Below, in pieces: positions 12,520 through 24,421 of a stretch of 64,000 nt of DNA (within the stretch, counting starts at the first letter, position 1; each line of letters starts with the position of its first letter). The position numbers and the translations under genes were made by a program. Below the pieces are notes generated by a model. The model saw only the letters and a program-made list of their open reading frames with translations. It ran no database searches and was not told where the DNA came from. Origin of the DNA: Squalus acanthias. Lineage: Eukaryota. The stretch is from NCBI GenBank assembly GCA_030390025.1, contig CM059433.1, forward strand, positions 682,001-746,000. The letters run 5' to 3'.

Positions 12520-13757
12520 ATGGAGAGGGTGAGAGAACGAGCTCATCGCTTCACCGAGCGGGCCTTGGATGCTCTGGTTGGCGCGGTGGAGCGCAGAAGA
12601 TGTATACTCTTCCCTGAGAGTGGCAGGAGGCCTTTGCCACGCGAGTACAGAAGAGTGTGGAGGGAGGTGGCTCAGAGCGTCTCCTCCAGGAGCATGGTGC
12701 CCAGGACCCATACTCAATGCCGCAAAAAGTTCAACGACCTCACTCGGGTCATCAGGGTGAGTGGCTTTTTCTCAATACCTCTCCATCCCTCCATCTGAAC
12801 CTCACTCTATGGCCAGAGGGTCTTAAAACCCCAATGCACAACACTCATCCAACGCCTATGGCCCTTTCATGAAACACACACACACATTCCACACTTTGCA
12901 TACAGTAAGGGCTATTCACCTATGGGAGGCACATCAGGCAAGACCATGGCTGCATACAGTAAGGGCTATTCACCTATGGGAGGCACATCAGGCAAGACCA
13001 TGGCTGCATACAGTAAGGGCTATTCACCTATGGGAGGCACATCAGGCAAGACCATGGCTGCATACAGTAAGGGCTATTCACCTATGGGAGGCACATCAGG
13101 CAAGACCATGGCTGTATATTTACTCAGATGCCGTCCTTTTTCTTACAGGCCAAGCTGGCGCATAATCGGAGACAGCAGCAACGGACAGGTGGAGGGCGGC
13201 CTCAGCTGCAACCCCTCAGCGATCTTGAGGAGCGCGTCCACAGGATTGTGGCAAGCCGGGTGATCGGTCCCGTCGCCACTGGAGACGCCGACCCCGTTCT
13301 GGACAGCAATGGTAAGGTCATCACCTTTTTGTCCTCTGTCCTTCCACTTGTCCCTCACAACACCAGCCTTTGACACTTTCAATCCAACTTGCTAACTCGC
13401 TGCACTTATTCCTCCCTTACTGCCACCCTGTCCTCACGCTAAAGCCACTCTTGTACCTCCCTGCTTTCAGATGGTGATTCACCAGCTGAGGAGACGGGCC
13501 CTGAAGCTGCCACTGGGAGTGAAGCTGCAGCCGAGGAGGAAGAGGAAGCCGGAGCATCAGTGCCACCCTCTCCCGAGGAAGCCCATGCCCACACTGGGAA
13601 CACGCCTTCCCTGGAGGGGAGCAGGGGGGAAGGGTCTGATGAGGGTGAAGCTCCTCCGTCTGGCCATCAAGTGGTCGCAGCGGTAAAGTTTAGCGCCGCC
13701 GCACAATCTCTCGTTAAGTTCCCAAGCGGCGCAAACATCGCTGCGCCCGGGCGTTAG
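12520..13757 (+). CDS. Spliced Harbinger Myb/SANT-like (trihelix) DNA-binding protein, predicted 228 aa; exons 12520-12756, 13149-13311, 13471-13757
   Basis: RF...L..LV..V, W.EVA..V, R...QC.KKFNDL motifs; GTGAGT/TTACAG and GTAAGG/TTTCAG splice sites in phases 0 and 1; joined frame is open to TAG 13757. Confidence 0.75.
12897..13112 (+). repeat. 54-bp tandem repeat, four copies, in intron 1 of the Myb gene
   Basis: Unit TGCATACAGTAAGGGCTATTCACCTATGGGAGGCACATCAGGCAAGACCATGGC. Confidence 0.95.
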
Positions 13758-14484
13758 CGGCTTTGCGCCCCATTAGCGCCCTCTTAAGGCGCTAACGGGA
13801 GGCGCAACCAACTGAATTTTTACCCCTAAGTGTTCTTAGGTGTACTGAGAGGTGAGATATTTTCAGAGTCTTTCTCAGCACTCTCAAAAAAGAACATTAC
13901 ACGCTGCAAAATCCTCACACAGCAGCAATCTTTCATCAATATCTGACGATGCAAATTAAGCATCAGCATGTACTAAGAGTTACTTCTGCAATAAAATGTC
14001 TCGATGTGAAATCAATTCTTCAGCAGGTGAATGTGAAGACACAGCAAGTCCTTTCTGGTTCAGCTATAGATTCAGAGTGTGGAGCTGCTGACAGGCCGGC
14101 CTCTCTACAATCAGGAAGCTGTCAATGCAAAAAGTATTTTCTCATGTTGGTGTTATGTCTGTGTGAAGGTAACTAGCCAGACTACCAATGTCACTAGAAT
14201 ATTAGGTATGTAAATTACACGAATCATTTAGTAGAGTGTGAGAGCTGCAATATTTAGCACTGTGAGGGAGTAGCATGATTTGGCCTTGTGAGGGAGCTCA
14301 GCTATTGATTTAATGGGGAGCATGTTATGCAGCATTATACAAAGCAGCATTATTTATTGATAGAGCGGCACTATTTGATATTGGTATAGAAGCATTATTT
14401 AACACTGTTATCAAGCAGCATTTGTTCAATGTTGTAAAGAACCAGCGCTCTTTAGCCTCTGTGGTGTAAGGGACCTCACTGGCA

Positions 14485-14765
14485 ACAATACATTTCTATA
14501 GTCCTCTTCATGCAGTGAAGCAATGTTTCAGTGTGCTTTATAGAAGAGTACTCACTGAGCAGGAAAGAAAAAGGGGAGATGGAAAACCAGGGGCTAAGGA
14601 GCTGAGCAAAGAAATGGTTGAAGAAAAAGGCTTTTAAGGAGGCCCTTAAAATCAAGGAGGAAAATAGATTTTGGGAGGCAGTTATGGAGTTCCAGGGAGC
14701 AGGGGTATAGTGGCTGAAGCATGTTAACACTCGCAGTGGGAGCAAAGGATGAGAAGTGAAGGAGC
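14485..14765 (-). mobile_element. Old L2 3' fragment
   Basis: Diverged match to the adjacent L2 3' end (PWNS...LK.F.F); tail resembles 5390-5430. Confidence 0.55.
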
Positions 14766-14777
14766 CAAGGGTGCATG

Positions 14778-17155
14778 CAACAACAACAACAACTTGTATT
14801 TATATAGTGCCTTTATTGTAGTAAAACGTCCCAAGGCGCTTCACTGCGGTATTAAAAGACAAAACATTTGACACCGATCCACATAAGGATAAATTAGGGC
14901 AGGTGACCAAAAGCTTGGTCAAAGAGGTAGGTTTTAAGGAGCATCTTAAAGGAGGAAAGAGAGGTAGCGAGGCGGAGAGGTTTAGGGAGGGAATTCCAGA
15001 GCTTAGGGCCCAGGCAACAGAAGGCACGGCCACCAATGGTGGAGCGATTATAATCAGGGATGCTCAAGAGGCCAGAATTAGAGGAGCGCAGATATCTCGG
15101 GGGGTTTGTGGGGCTGAAGGAGATTACTGAGATAGGGAGGGGCGAGGCCATGGAGGGATTTGAAAACAAGGATGAGAATTTTGAAATCGAGGCGTTGCTT
15201 AACCGGGAACCAATGTAGGTCAGCGAGCACAGGGGTGATGGGTGAACGGGACTTGGTGCGAATTAGGACACGGGCAGCAGAGTTTTGGATCACCTCAAGT
15301 TTATATGGGGTAGAATGTGGGAGGCCAGTCAGGAGTGCGTTGGAATAGTCAAGCCTAGAGGTAACAAAGGCATGGATGAGGGTTTCAGCTGCAGGATGAG
15401 CTGAGGTAAGGGCGGAGACGGGCGATGATACGGAGGTGGAAATAGGCGGTCTTAGTTATGCTGCGGATATGTGGTCGGAAGCTCATTTGTAAGGGTTTCT
15501 CTCTGAACCTGTGAGATTCGTGTGGCTCTGTGCAGCCTGGATGCTAGTGCGGGTTTAGGCCTTGTTGCCTGTTCTGGTCTCCAGCCAGTCTGGGAGCACT
15601 AGACACCTGTGAGTGGTTCGACCCACTCGCCCTTACGGTTCTGACACTGGACTTAGATGCGAGAGCAGTAATGGAGATAAAACTCAGGTAGACCCGGTTG
15701 AATGGTACGAAATGGAAAATCTTTATTGCATATTATTTAAGATTACGAAATACATGTCATAAGCACAGATTAATGACAGTACAATCTTACACGCAGTTAT
15801 ATAACTAATTTCAGGGAAACGAGGAACGAACGACACATCGTAAATGGGGGCACACATTACAATTATCCTTAAAACTTAAACCCTCCCCTATCAATACCTG
15901 CTCTAAGCTAGATTTGTAGGATCGAGACTCATGCTCACCACTCGTGATAACTCGGAGAATTCCGAAAACTCTGATCGGATGTTTTTCCACCGCAGCACCT
16001 GATCACCCACGTGTTGATCAGGGATCTCTGTGCCCCACTTGTTTACTCGTTTCTGCTCCGGCTAGCAGGCTGGAACGTCTGCTGTCATGAAGATCTGTGC
16101 TGACCTTGGATTCCCGATCAAAACCTACAAAGTTCACTCATTTCGGGCGCGGTCGGGGTTTACTGACCGTGACGAGATGTATTGTCGTCTTCTCTTCTCA
16201 TCTCGTCTCATCTCATCTCATCTCGTCTCGGGCCTTCGGTTCCAACACCGTTTACCGACTTCTCGGGATGGTGCGCCCGTTTCAAGGCTTCACAGCCCAG
16301 TTCCACACAGATCTTCGCGGCACGCCACGAGGTAGATCCGGGCGGATCGTAAAGTTCAACAGTCTTTTGAAAAGAGACACGAGGCAAGCAGGAACAAGAC
16401 GGCGAGTCAAGAGCAGCCACGAGGATAAGAGTCAACCGAATAAGAGGATAAGAGAAAGATGGACGGTTGGAGCTTGCAGTTATAGTGCAAAATCTTCCTT
16501 TTCCCGCCCAACCTTAATGTCTTTTCTTTTGTTAGGGTTTGGCGCTCAAATTTCTTGTATAGGGTGATCTTCGTTTTAATGGGTTTCGGGGATACTCGTA
16601 ACTGTCTGAGTACCTGTTAATACTTTTCCCATTGTTTAATCGGTCGGTGTTTTCCCTGGAGGGGTTTTGGGGCTCCCAAATGTTTTCTGTAACTACCCGC
16701 TAACGGCTCTCTCATCGTAGAGTCGTTGGGATTTTGCATATTAATGTCTTTGGATAGGTTCTTGATTACTTGGTACAATAGCCCTTATTCGCACCTGGGA
16801 GACCGATTTCAGTATTTATGTGTATACTGCAAACCCATGATGTCTCGTGTATTATCTTAAATGTGCTTAGTCTTGATCGATCTTGCACAAATGTTTATTG
16901 GAACGCCATCTTGTCTGCCTATCGAAAGGTCTAGAATGTTCTGCCACGAGGCGTGGCGGCCATTTTACAAGCTGCTTGTGTCCACTTTGAAAACCTGACA
17001 GCATTCTGCTGAAATAAAAGCTGTTTGAACGAAACTATGTGTTTTTCTCCTTATTTATAAAATCGCGATATATTGCGAATTCTACACATTTCAGGGTCAA
17101 ACATGACACCAAGGTTACGAACAGTGTGATTCAGCCTCAGACAGATGTTAGGGAG
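14778..17155 (-). mobile_element. L2 LINE 3' part with (TTG)n tail, split by the solo LTR (pieces 14778-15487 and 17091-17155)
   Basis: IQNSAARVL...ITPVLADLHW.PVKQR.DFKIL; KLWNSLP; RNLGVMFDPE resumes after 17090. Confidence 0.88.
15488..17086 (-). mobile_element. 1,599-bp solo LTR (ERV or Gypsy origin unresolved)
   Basis: Ends TGTAAG...CTACA; CATT TSD at 15484-15487 and 17087-17090; splits an L2 cleanly; minus-strand TATAA at 16480-16484 and AATAAA at 15722-15727; CpG-rich. Confidence 0.8.
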
Positions 17156-18190
17156 CAGACACGTACAGCTGGAGGAGATTACAAAAGTAGGTTGGGGTGC
17201 AGGGATGGACTGACCATATGGAAAATTGGGAGATTTCTCGATTGCTCCCATGACTGGTTCCATAATGCTGTTTTATTAGCACCCACTCCTTTTTCCATGA
17301 GAATCCCCTTTCAGGGGAGCCAGTATGCTCCCTTTGGGGTGATACAATGGGGGGAGTTGAACACAGGATTTGGATCTTGGAGCCAAGTTTTTGGAATATA
17401 GGAAGCCAGCAGAGCTTGGCGTGGACTGGTGCAGGAGGTGCAGAGCTTTGTGTGGGAGACAACATGGGCCATAGCATTTCTGGGCAAGTTGTATTTTGTG
17501 GAGGGAGGAGGCGGGGAGGCCAACAAGGAGAGCTTGTTACAGAACAGAATTAGAGAAATGGAAGCTCGAGCTGGTTAAGGTTGAGGTAGAGAGATGATAA
17601 GGTATCTCCCTACTTAGTAATATTTCAGAGGTGTAAGAAAGTGGTCTTGGTGACAGATTGGATGTAGGGAAGGCAGCTCAGCGCTTCTCAGCCTGCATCC
17701 TTATAGTAGCGGCTCTGTTATATTGGGGTGGACAAATGTTGCAGCATTTGAATCATTTTAAGTTCAGGCTGACACCTTCAATAAAGCAAAACCACAGAGG
17801 ATCATAAACCTAGATATTGGGCTCAAGTCCTGAAATAGAGCTTCAACCTGCAATATGTAAACACCTTAAGGAGAACCTAGACAGGCTCGTAGATTGGGCA
17901 GAATGATGTCGGATGAATCCGAATGTGGAAAAATGTGTGATGCTACATTTTGGGAGGAAGAACATGGTAGGAACCATTTTAAATGGTTTAAAATTTTAAA
18001 AGGAATAGAGGAGCAGAGAGACCTAGAGGTACAGGTACACACATCTTTACAAGTGGGAAGTCAAGTTGATAAAGCTGTTAAAAAGGGATATGGAATTCTG
18101 GGTTTTATAAATAGGGGGATAGAGTACAAAAGCAAAGAGCTAATTCTAAACTTCTACAAATCATTGATTAGGCTGCAGTTAGAAAACTGT

Positions 18191-18324
18191 GGTGGATTTT
18201 CTGAGTTCTTGCCCGCCTGCTTACATGTATTGGAAAATTGTGGGTGGAAATCAATAGGCAGAGAATGATGTGCTGGCAGTGAGCAAGGTATCTTACCACA
18301 GGTAAGGACCTGGAAAATTTATCG
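18191..18324. mobile_element. Small degenerate MITE
   Basis: GGTGGATTTTC ... GAAAATTTATC imperfect TIR; TGT on both sides; interrupts the CR1 at ENC|V. Confidence 0.45.
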
Positions 18325-18834
18325 TGTGGGTCCAATGTTGAGCGTCAAACTTTAAGGCTGGATTTTGCCAGGCCCGAGGAGGTGGATTTGAAGGCGGGTC
18401 AGGTGGGAAAGTTGCCAAAAATGGCATCGGGCTCCGATCCCGCCTCTGAGCAACTTTGCCAAATGCGGGCTTTCAGACCCCATTTCGGTCCCGCCTCCAA
18501 GAGGGGGGCTAGGCCCTTAAGGCACTTAACAAACATTTAAGTGCCTCTATAATGCCATTTTGAGAGACCTTTCTGAGTTTAACACATTTCCCACGTGCTG
18601 CACGTCTCCTCTGGAACACGCCAGTTAATCCTGGCGGGCTCACAAGTGGAGTGCTTACTAACAGCTGCAGCTCCAGCATAAAAAAAGAGTTTTCAACAAT
18701 GATCATTTGCAGGTGGCAGAACTTTCTTTTCTCAGGTCTGGGAGAACTTTTTGCAGGTCAACTCATTTTGGAAGTTTTGAAGCTGAGATCCATCTCCAGT
18801 GTGACCTCCTGGGAAACCCCTCACCCCACCTTGA

Positions 18835-20148
18835 GTGAGCGCTTCCTCAACTGAGGTATATACCAGCAGCACGGGAACCATTTATTTCCTTTCCTCCTGG
18901 ACCTCAGATTCGGACGAAGACCAGCCGCGGAAGCAGCAGAACCCGGAACAACAGCAGCATCAACAGCAGCATCAACAGCAGCATCAACAGCAGGAGCAAC
19001 AGCAGGAGCAACAGCAGGAGCGCCAACCTGCTGCTCACCCACCTGAAGCTGCACAGGCCAGAAGGCGCCAGCGCAGGGAAGCACATCGCCGCAGGAGATA
19101 CCCCCAAAACAGGGTTTACAGACAGAGGATGAGCTACCTCAACATGACTGAGCAGCAGTGCCAAAGGAGGCTCAGACTTTCGCGAGAGGTAGTGGGTGAC
19201 ATCTGCGCAATGCTGCAGCAGGACCTGGAGCCCAGAGGAGCGGGTGGACACCCCTTACCAGTGGCCATCAAAGTCACCACCGCACTCAACATTTTTGCTT
19301 CAGGCTCATTCCAGGGATCAGCAGCAGACATCAGCGGCATCTCCCAGGTGGCCGCACACACTTGCATCGCGCAGGTAACTGATGCCCTCTTTGCCAACGC
19401 GTACAATTACATCAACTTCTCCAAGGATCAAGCAAGTGTAACGGCGCGTGTGGTTGGCTTTGCTAATCTGGCAGGCTTTCCAAGGGTGCAGGGCATTGTA
19501 GACTGCACACATGTGGCCCTTAAGGCACCCCATCACAATCCAGGTATTTTTGTCAACCGCAAGGGCTTCCACTCCCTTAACCTACAGCTGGTGTGTGACC
19601 ACAAGAAGGAAATTTTGCATGTTTGTGCCAAGTACCCTGGCAGTTGCCATGACTCCTTCATCCTGCGGCAGTCTAGTGTTTCTCCGCTCTTCAGTCCGCC
19701 AGACCAACTTTGCGGATGGCTACTTGGAGACAAGGGCTATCCCCTGAAGACGTGACTAATGACGCCGTTGAGGAGGCCATCCAACGAAGCTGAGGAGAGC
19801 TACAACTCCAGCCACATTTCCACCAGATCCATTATCAAGCAAACCATCGGCTTGCTGAAGATGCGATTCAGATGTCTTGATAGATCAGGTGGAGCACTGC
19901 AGTACTAAGCAGCCAGGGTCTCCAGAATCGTCGTGGTCTGCTGTGCACTTCACAACATGGCACAGCATCGTGGCTTGCAGCTGCCTGAGGTACAAGTGGC
20001 TCATCGCATAACCTCCTCAGATGATGAGGAGGAGGAGGAGAGCGAGAACGAAGAGCTTGCGGAGGCGCATCAACCAGCGGCAGCAGCATGCGAGAACATT
20101 TCTGCCCGGGATGCAAGGGATGCAGTGATCTTGGCCAGATTTGCTTAG
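18835..20148 (+). pseudogene. Harbinger (HARBI1-like) DDE transposase with two nonsense codons
   Basis: [40 protein letters not shown]; stops at 19753-19755 and 19906-19908; IIKQTIG where the other copy has IIEQTIG; poly-Q insert 18935-19025. Confidence 0.92.
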
Positions 20149-20406
20149 GCTGCCCAAACAAACACATTTGGCTCGCACCTTCTCACCACACCATCGACAA
20201 TGGACAAGAACCTGCGGCTTCCTATCACTCTGACCACCATACTGACAATTCCAAGTCGCCCTGAGCCTTCAATGTGGAAGTCCCATTTGCGAAATGACAC
20301 AGCCCACAACTTCAACAGTTTGCCATCAAGTCATTTTATAACATTAATTCACGGATGGCATTTCACAATTAAACACAAGAGAACACCCAAATGACTACCC
20401 TTGTGA

Positions 20407-23027
20407 CTACTTGTGCTTTATCATCCTCTTACGCGTGCTCCTACGTGGTGCTTCCCCTGTGGCTTCAGCAGAGGCCCCTTGCTCACTTTCATGCTGCTCC
20501 TGCCTCGACACCTTTGGCGGGCGTCCTCTGGGGTTGCAAGCCTGTGAGGGCTCGCCAACAGTGTGCTGCTCCTGTGGCTGTGCAGGGGATGAGACGCCCA
20601 TCTCACTTGGGTGAGGACTCTGGTGGGACTCTGACCGAGGGCTCCGCAGTGGCATAGATGTGTGAGCGCTTGGAGAGGAGCCCCCACTTCCTTGTTGTCT
20701 GCCACCAACATCCCTCTCATGGGTCAGGCCCACTTCAGAGCTAGCAAGTGGCTTGACAGCACCTTGCTGCACTTCAGGGGGGCCATGAGGACCCGTTTCT
20801 GAACTGGCAGTCCTGCTCCAGAGGACTTCCATGAAGGTCTGGTTTCTCTGCTCAATAGTTGTCCATCGCTCCTCCAGAGATGTCAGTCTATTCTGAACAA
20901 TGACCATGTTTTCAACACTCTGGCGACTTAGCTCCTCCATGGCCATAACCATCCTCTCCTCTACCGTAGCCATCCTCTCCTCTACGGTAGCCAGCCTTAC
21001 CATGGAGGTAGCCATCCTTTCCACGGAGGTTGCCATCCTTTCCGTGGTGATGCGTTCACGCGCCAATGCCTCCACAAAGGCTCTGCTCATGTTTGCTATG
21101 TACTCCTCCATCCACTCCACACTCGCAGCGACCCTGGAGACAAAACCTGCCCGAGACTCCTGCACCTGTTCCTGGAGTTCCAGCCCCGCTCTCCTTCTGG
21201 ATGGACCCGGAGGTACAGGGTCGACATGCAGCTGAGCTGAGCTGGGAGAGTCCTGCGCCCTCCGACGAGGACTCTCCACTGCTGTTCCCGTCTCCACCAT
21301 CTGCTGATGCTCACTTGTGAGCTGTGATACACCAGGTGACAACACTACTCTATCTCCCGAAGGTCCCACTGAGGTGTGAGTGTCTGCGCTGGTGCTGGGT
21401 GCGCTCAATTCTGCTGACACTGCGCCCTCAGAGGTTGCAGCTTCCTCTGAGGAGTCTTGTGGCTCAGGCTGTTCCTCCTGGACAGCGGGGAGGGAGGCTG
21501 TCGATGGTCCTGTGGGGGAGTAAAGGAAAGATTTAGACATGTGAGATAAACATTGCAAGCACATTGAATTGTGCAGGTGATCATAAGTCAATCTGTTAGA
21601 GCATTAGAATCAAGATCAGTCACTCATGCAATGTCAATGAGAGAGATGAAAAACTATTCTGTCACCAGCTTGCTCTGATGCGCCCGTCTGTCCATCTCCC
21701 ACTTGCGTATCCTCCTCGACTCCCACGATCTCCAGGGCCGCCTCCTCTGCACTGGTGAGCTGGGCTATTGAGGGTGGCCCTCCTCCTGTCCTCGCCCTTT
21801 CCCTCTTATTGTGGGCTCTCTTTTCCTTCAATGAGGGACACAAGTGGAGTTTGAGTGAGAATGAAGGAGTGTGTGTAGAGAATCCATAGCATAGATGCTT
21901 AGAAGGACACAAAGATGGAGTGAGGTCCCAAGACCAAGGGCCCTCCCTGTGTGTTGTAAGCTGTTGTCATAGCATAACAGTGATAGGGAGTGTGGCATAG
22001 AATACAAGAGCAGTGGGGTTATGCTTCAACTGTATAAAACACTAGTGAGGCCTCAGCTAGAGTACTGCGTGCAGTTCTGGTCACCACATTACAGGAAAGA
22101 TGTGATTGCACGAGAGAGGGTACAGAGGAGATTTACAAGGATGTTGCCGGGAGTAGAGAATCTTAGCTATGAGGAAAGACTGGATAGGCTGGGTCTGTTT
22201 TCCTTGGAACAGAGGAGGCTGAGGGGAGACCATATTGAGGTGTATAAAATTATGAGGGGCCTAGATAAATTGGATAGAAAGGACCTATTTCCCTTAGCAG
22301 AGGGGTCAAAAACCAGGGGGCACAGATTTAAAGTAATTGGTGGAAGGTTTAGAGGGGATTTGAGGGGAATTTTCTTCACCCAGAGGGTTGTGGGGGTCTG
22401 GAACTCACTGCCTGAAAGGGTGGTAGAGGCAGAAACCCTAACCACATTTAAAAAGTACTTGGATGTGCTCTTGGGATGCTCTAACTTGCAGGGCTATGGA
22501 CCAAGAGCTGGGAAGTGGGATTAGGCTGGACAGCTCTTTGTTGGCCGGCGCGGACACGATGGGCCAAAATGGCCTCCTTCCGTGCTGCAACTTTCTATGA
22601 TTCTATGAGTGTGAGGGCTGCATAGTTGAATAGTTAAGTGAATGTGAACATACAGAGACAGGGAATGGTTAAGGGCGCAGGGATGTAAGGTTCAAGTGGG
22701 ATGTGGAGGAGGAGGTTGACAAAGCAGAGTGCTGGTGATGAGAGGTGATGGGGAGCAGATTGAGGGTCATGTGGATGGAATACTCACTTTTCCTGTGCAG
22801 AGAAGGTCATGAAACCTCTTTCTGCACTGCAGCCAGGTTCTGCTGCACATTGAGAGGGCACTGACCTCCTGTGCCACTTGCAGCCACACAGCTTTGGTCT
22901 GCTGGGAGGTTTTTTTCCTCCCAGAAGAAGGAAACAGCACTTCCTTATGAGCTCTTGCTCCCTCCACCAGAGCTTGGAGGGAGTGCTCATCAAAGCGGGG
23001 TGCGCACTTGGGTCTTGAGCTTGCCAT
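20407..23027 (-). CDS. Spliced Harbinger Myb/SANT-like protein, predicted 500 aa; exons 23027-22788, 21825-21666, 21509-20407
   Basis: Exon 1 RF...LV, WLQVAQEV, RTWLQCRKRFHDL; exon 2 RTGGGP; GT-AG sites in phases 0 and 1; 240+160+1103=1503 nt open; heptad ERMATSV repeats; basic C-terminus. Confidence 0.75.
21995..22607 (+). mobile_element. CR1 3' fragment in intron 1 of the Myb gene (antisense to it)
   Basis: ORF 22021-22524 LYKTLVRPQLEYC...WNSLP; tail TTCTATGATTCTATG. Confidence 0.9.
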
Positions 23028-23528
23028 GTTTGCACCACTAATCCTTCAGAAGTCTCAGCAACAAAGTTCTGAGGCAGAAAATGAACCAAGGCTGCTTGCA
23101 GGCCTTAAATGCAGCTCAATAGATGACGTCATCAGAGGCGAGTTTCAGGACCAAAATTCTCGTTGGGCCAGGGGTTCCCACACGCTGGAAATCAATTGCC
23201 CAGTTAGGGCAAAATCGCTCAATTGTCCTGCCTCACATTGGAGGCGGGGGCGGGCCCCGCCGACCACCTGACCCACCCCCAACCCGCCCCCAATGACAAA
23301 ATCCAGCCCTAAGTATGTCAATGAGCGTAGAGAAGACATTTACAAAATGGTACCCAGGATGAGGGGTTTTAGTTAAGAGGAGAGACTAGAGAAACGGAGA
23401 CTCTTTTCACTCGAACAGAGAAGGTTAAGTGGAGATCTAATAGAGGTGTTCAAAATTATGAGAGGTTTTGATAAGGCAAATAAAAATAAACTATTTCACT
23501 AACCAATGAGTCAGTAACTAGAGAGCAT

Positions 23529-24421
23529 GGGGGAAAAATTATGTCGCGCCCCATTTGGGGCGCAAATATCGTCTGGACGCAAATATTAGCGCCTGGCGCT
23601 AATTATCGCCACTGACTGGAAACTTCACTTTTACCGCCCCGGGAGGTGAGTGGAGCGCTAAATCAGGCGCTGCACACCTGTCTTAAGGCGCAAAGGCCAA
23701 GGAGTGAGGCGCTAACTCAGAGCGCTGGCGAAGCTCATGTAATGTCAGTCAGCAATGGAACACACACACAATGGCACGGGCCAGTTCTTAAAGGGGATGG
23801 TTAATCTTGCTTTCCATCCACATCCTGTTCATTGCAACCTTGAATCTCGGCCTGGAGAGACTTGCACATCAAATGTGCTGGAAAGAACAATGGAGAGTAC
23901 CAGGCAAAGAGCTCAGAGTGCAGCTCCCACAGTCTCTGCTAAATCGATACAAGGAATGGCAAATCAAAATGAACCTGCAAAGTGCTGCTCAGTACCCAAA
24001 ACTCCTTCACACAACGTTGAATCTCTCCAGAAGTCTCTCCCTCTCTCTCTCAGAATGCATAGTTCAAAAATGGCACCAACAATAAAAGGCAGGAAGCGGT
24101 CACCTTTAAATAGCGCTCCCCCTTTCCCTTCATGACTGCAGAACGCTCCCCTCAACCTGTCATTGCTAGCGTCAGGCGGTAAGGCAGGGGGCGCCACTCA
24201 ATTTCCGCTCCGGGGCGCCACAAGGGCGTTGCACCATGGAATGACGTCACAATCTGCGCGCGCAGGTGGTCGCAGCGTTAAAGTTTAGCGCCGCCGCACA
24301 ATGTCTAGTTAAGTTCCCGAGCGGCGCAAACATCGCTGCGCCCGGGCGTTAGCGGCTTTGCGCCCCATTAGCGCCCTCTTAAGGCGCTAACGGGAGGCGC
24401 AACCAACTGAATTTTTACCCC
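23529..24421 (+). mobile_element. 893-bp Harbinger MITE
   Basis: Same termini as 12161-13826; CAT TSD at 23526-23528 and 24422-24424. Confidence 0.92.

Larger units (their letters stand above)
12161..13826 (+). mobile_element. Non-autonomous PIF/Harbinger element carrying only the Myb/SANT gene
   Basis: TIR GGGG(G/T)AAAAATT at both ends; TAA TSD at 12158-12160 and 13827-13829; no transposase sequence. Confidence 0.92.
18356..23309. mobile_element. Full-length PIF/Harbinger transposon (transposase on +, Myb/SANT on -, convergent)
   Basis: TIR GGCTGGATTTTG(C/T)CA; both ends abut TAA; contains both genes. Confidence 0.92.

Noticed and set aside
12897..13112. CRISPR-like array or repeat-protein ORFs
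   Set aside because: Head-to-tail units with no spacers; eukaryotic intron; the ORFs follow from a stop-free 54-bp unit
18835..19755. Domesticated host HARBI1 gene
   Set aside because: Lies within TIRs/TSD, has stop codons, and has several paralogues in the window
23755..24135. 126-aa ORF conserved with 45154-45534
   Set aside because: The copies are near-identical in nucleotide sequence, so shared ORFs are expected; the region is promoter/leader-derived and has no recognisable domain
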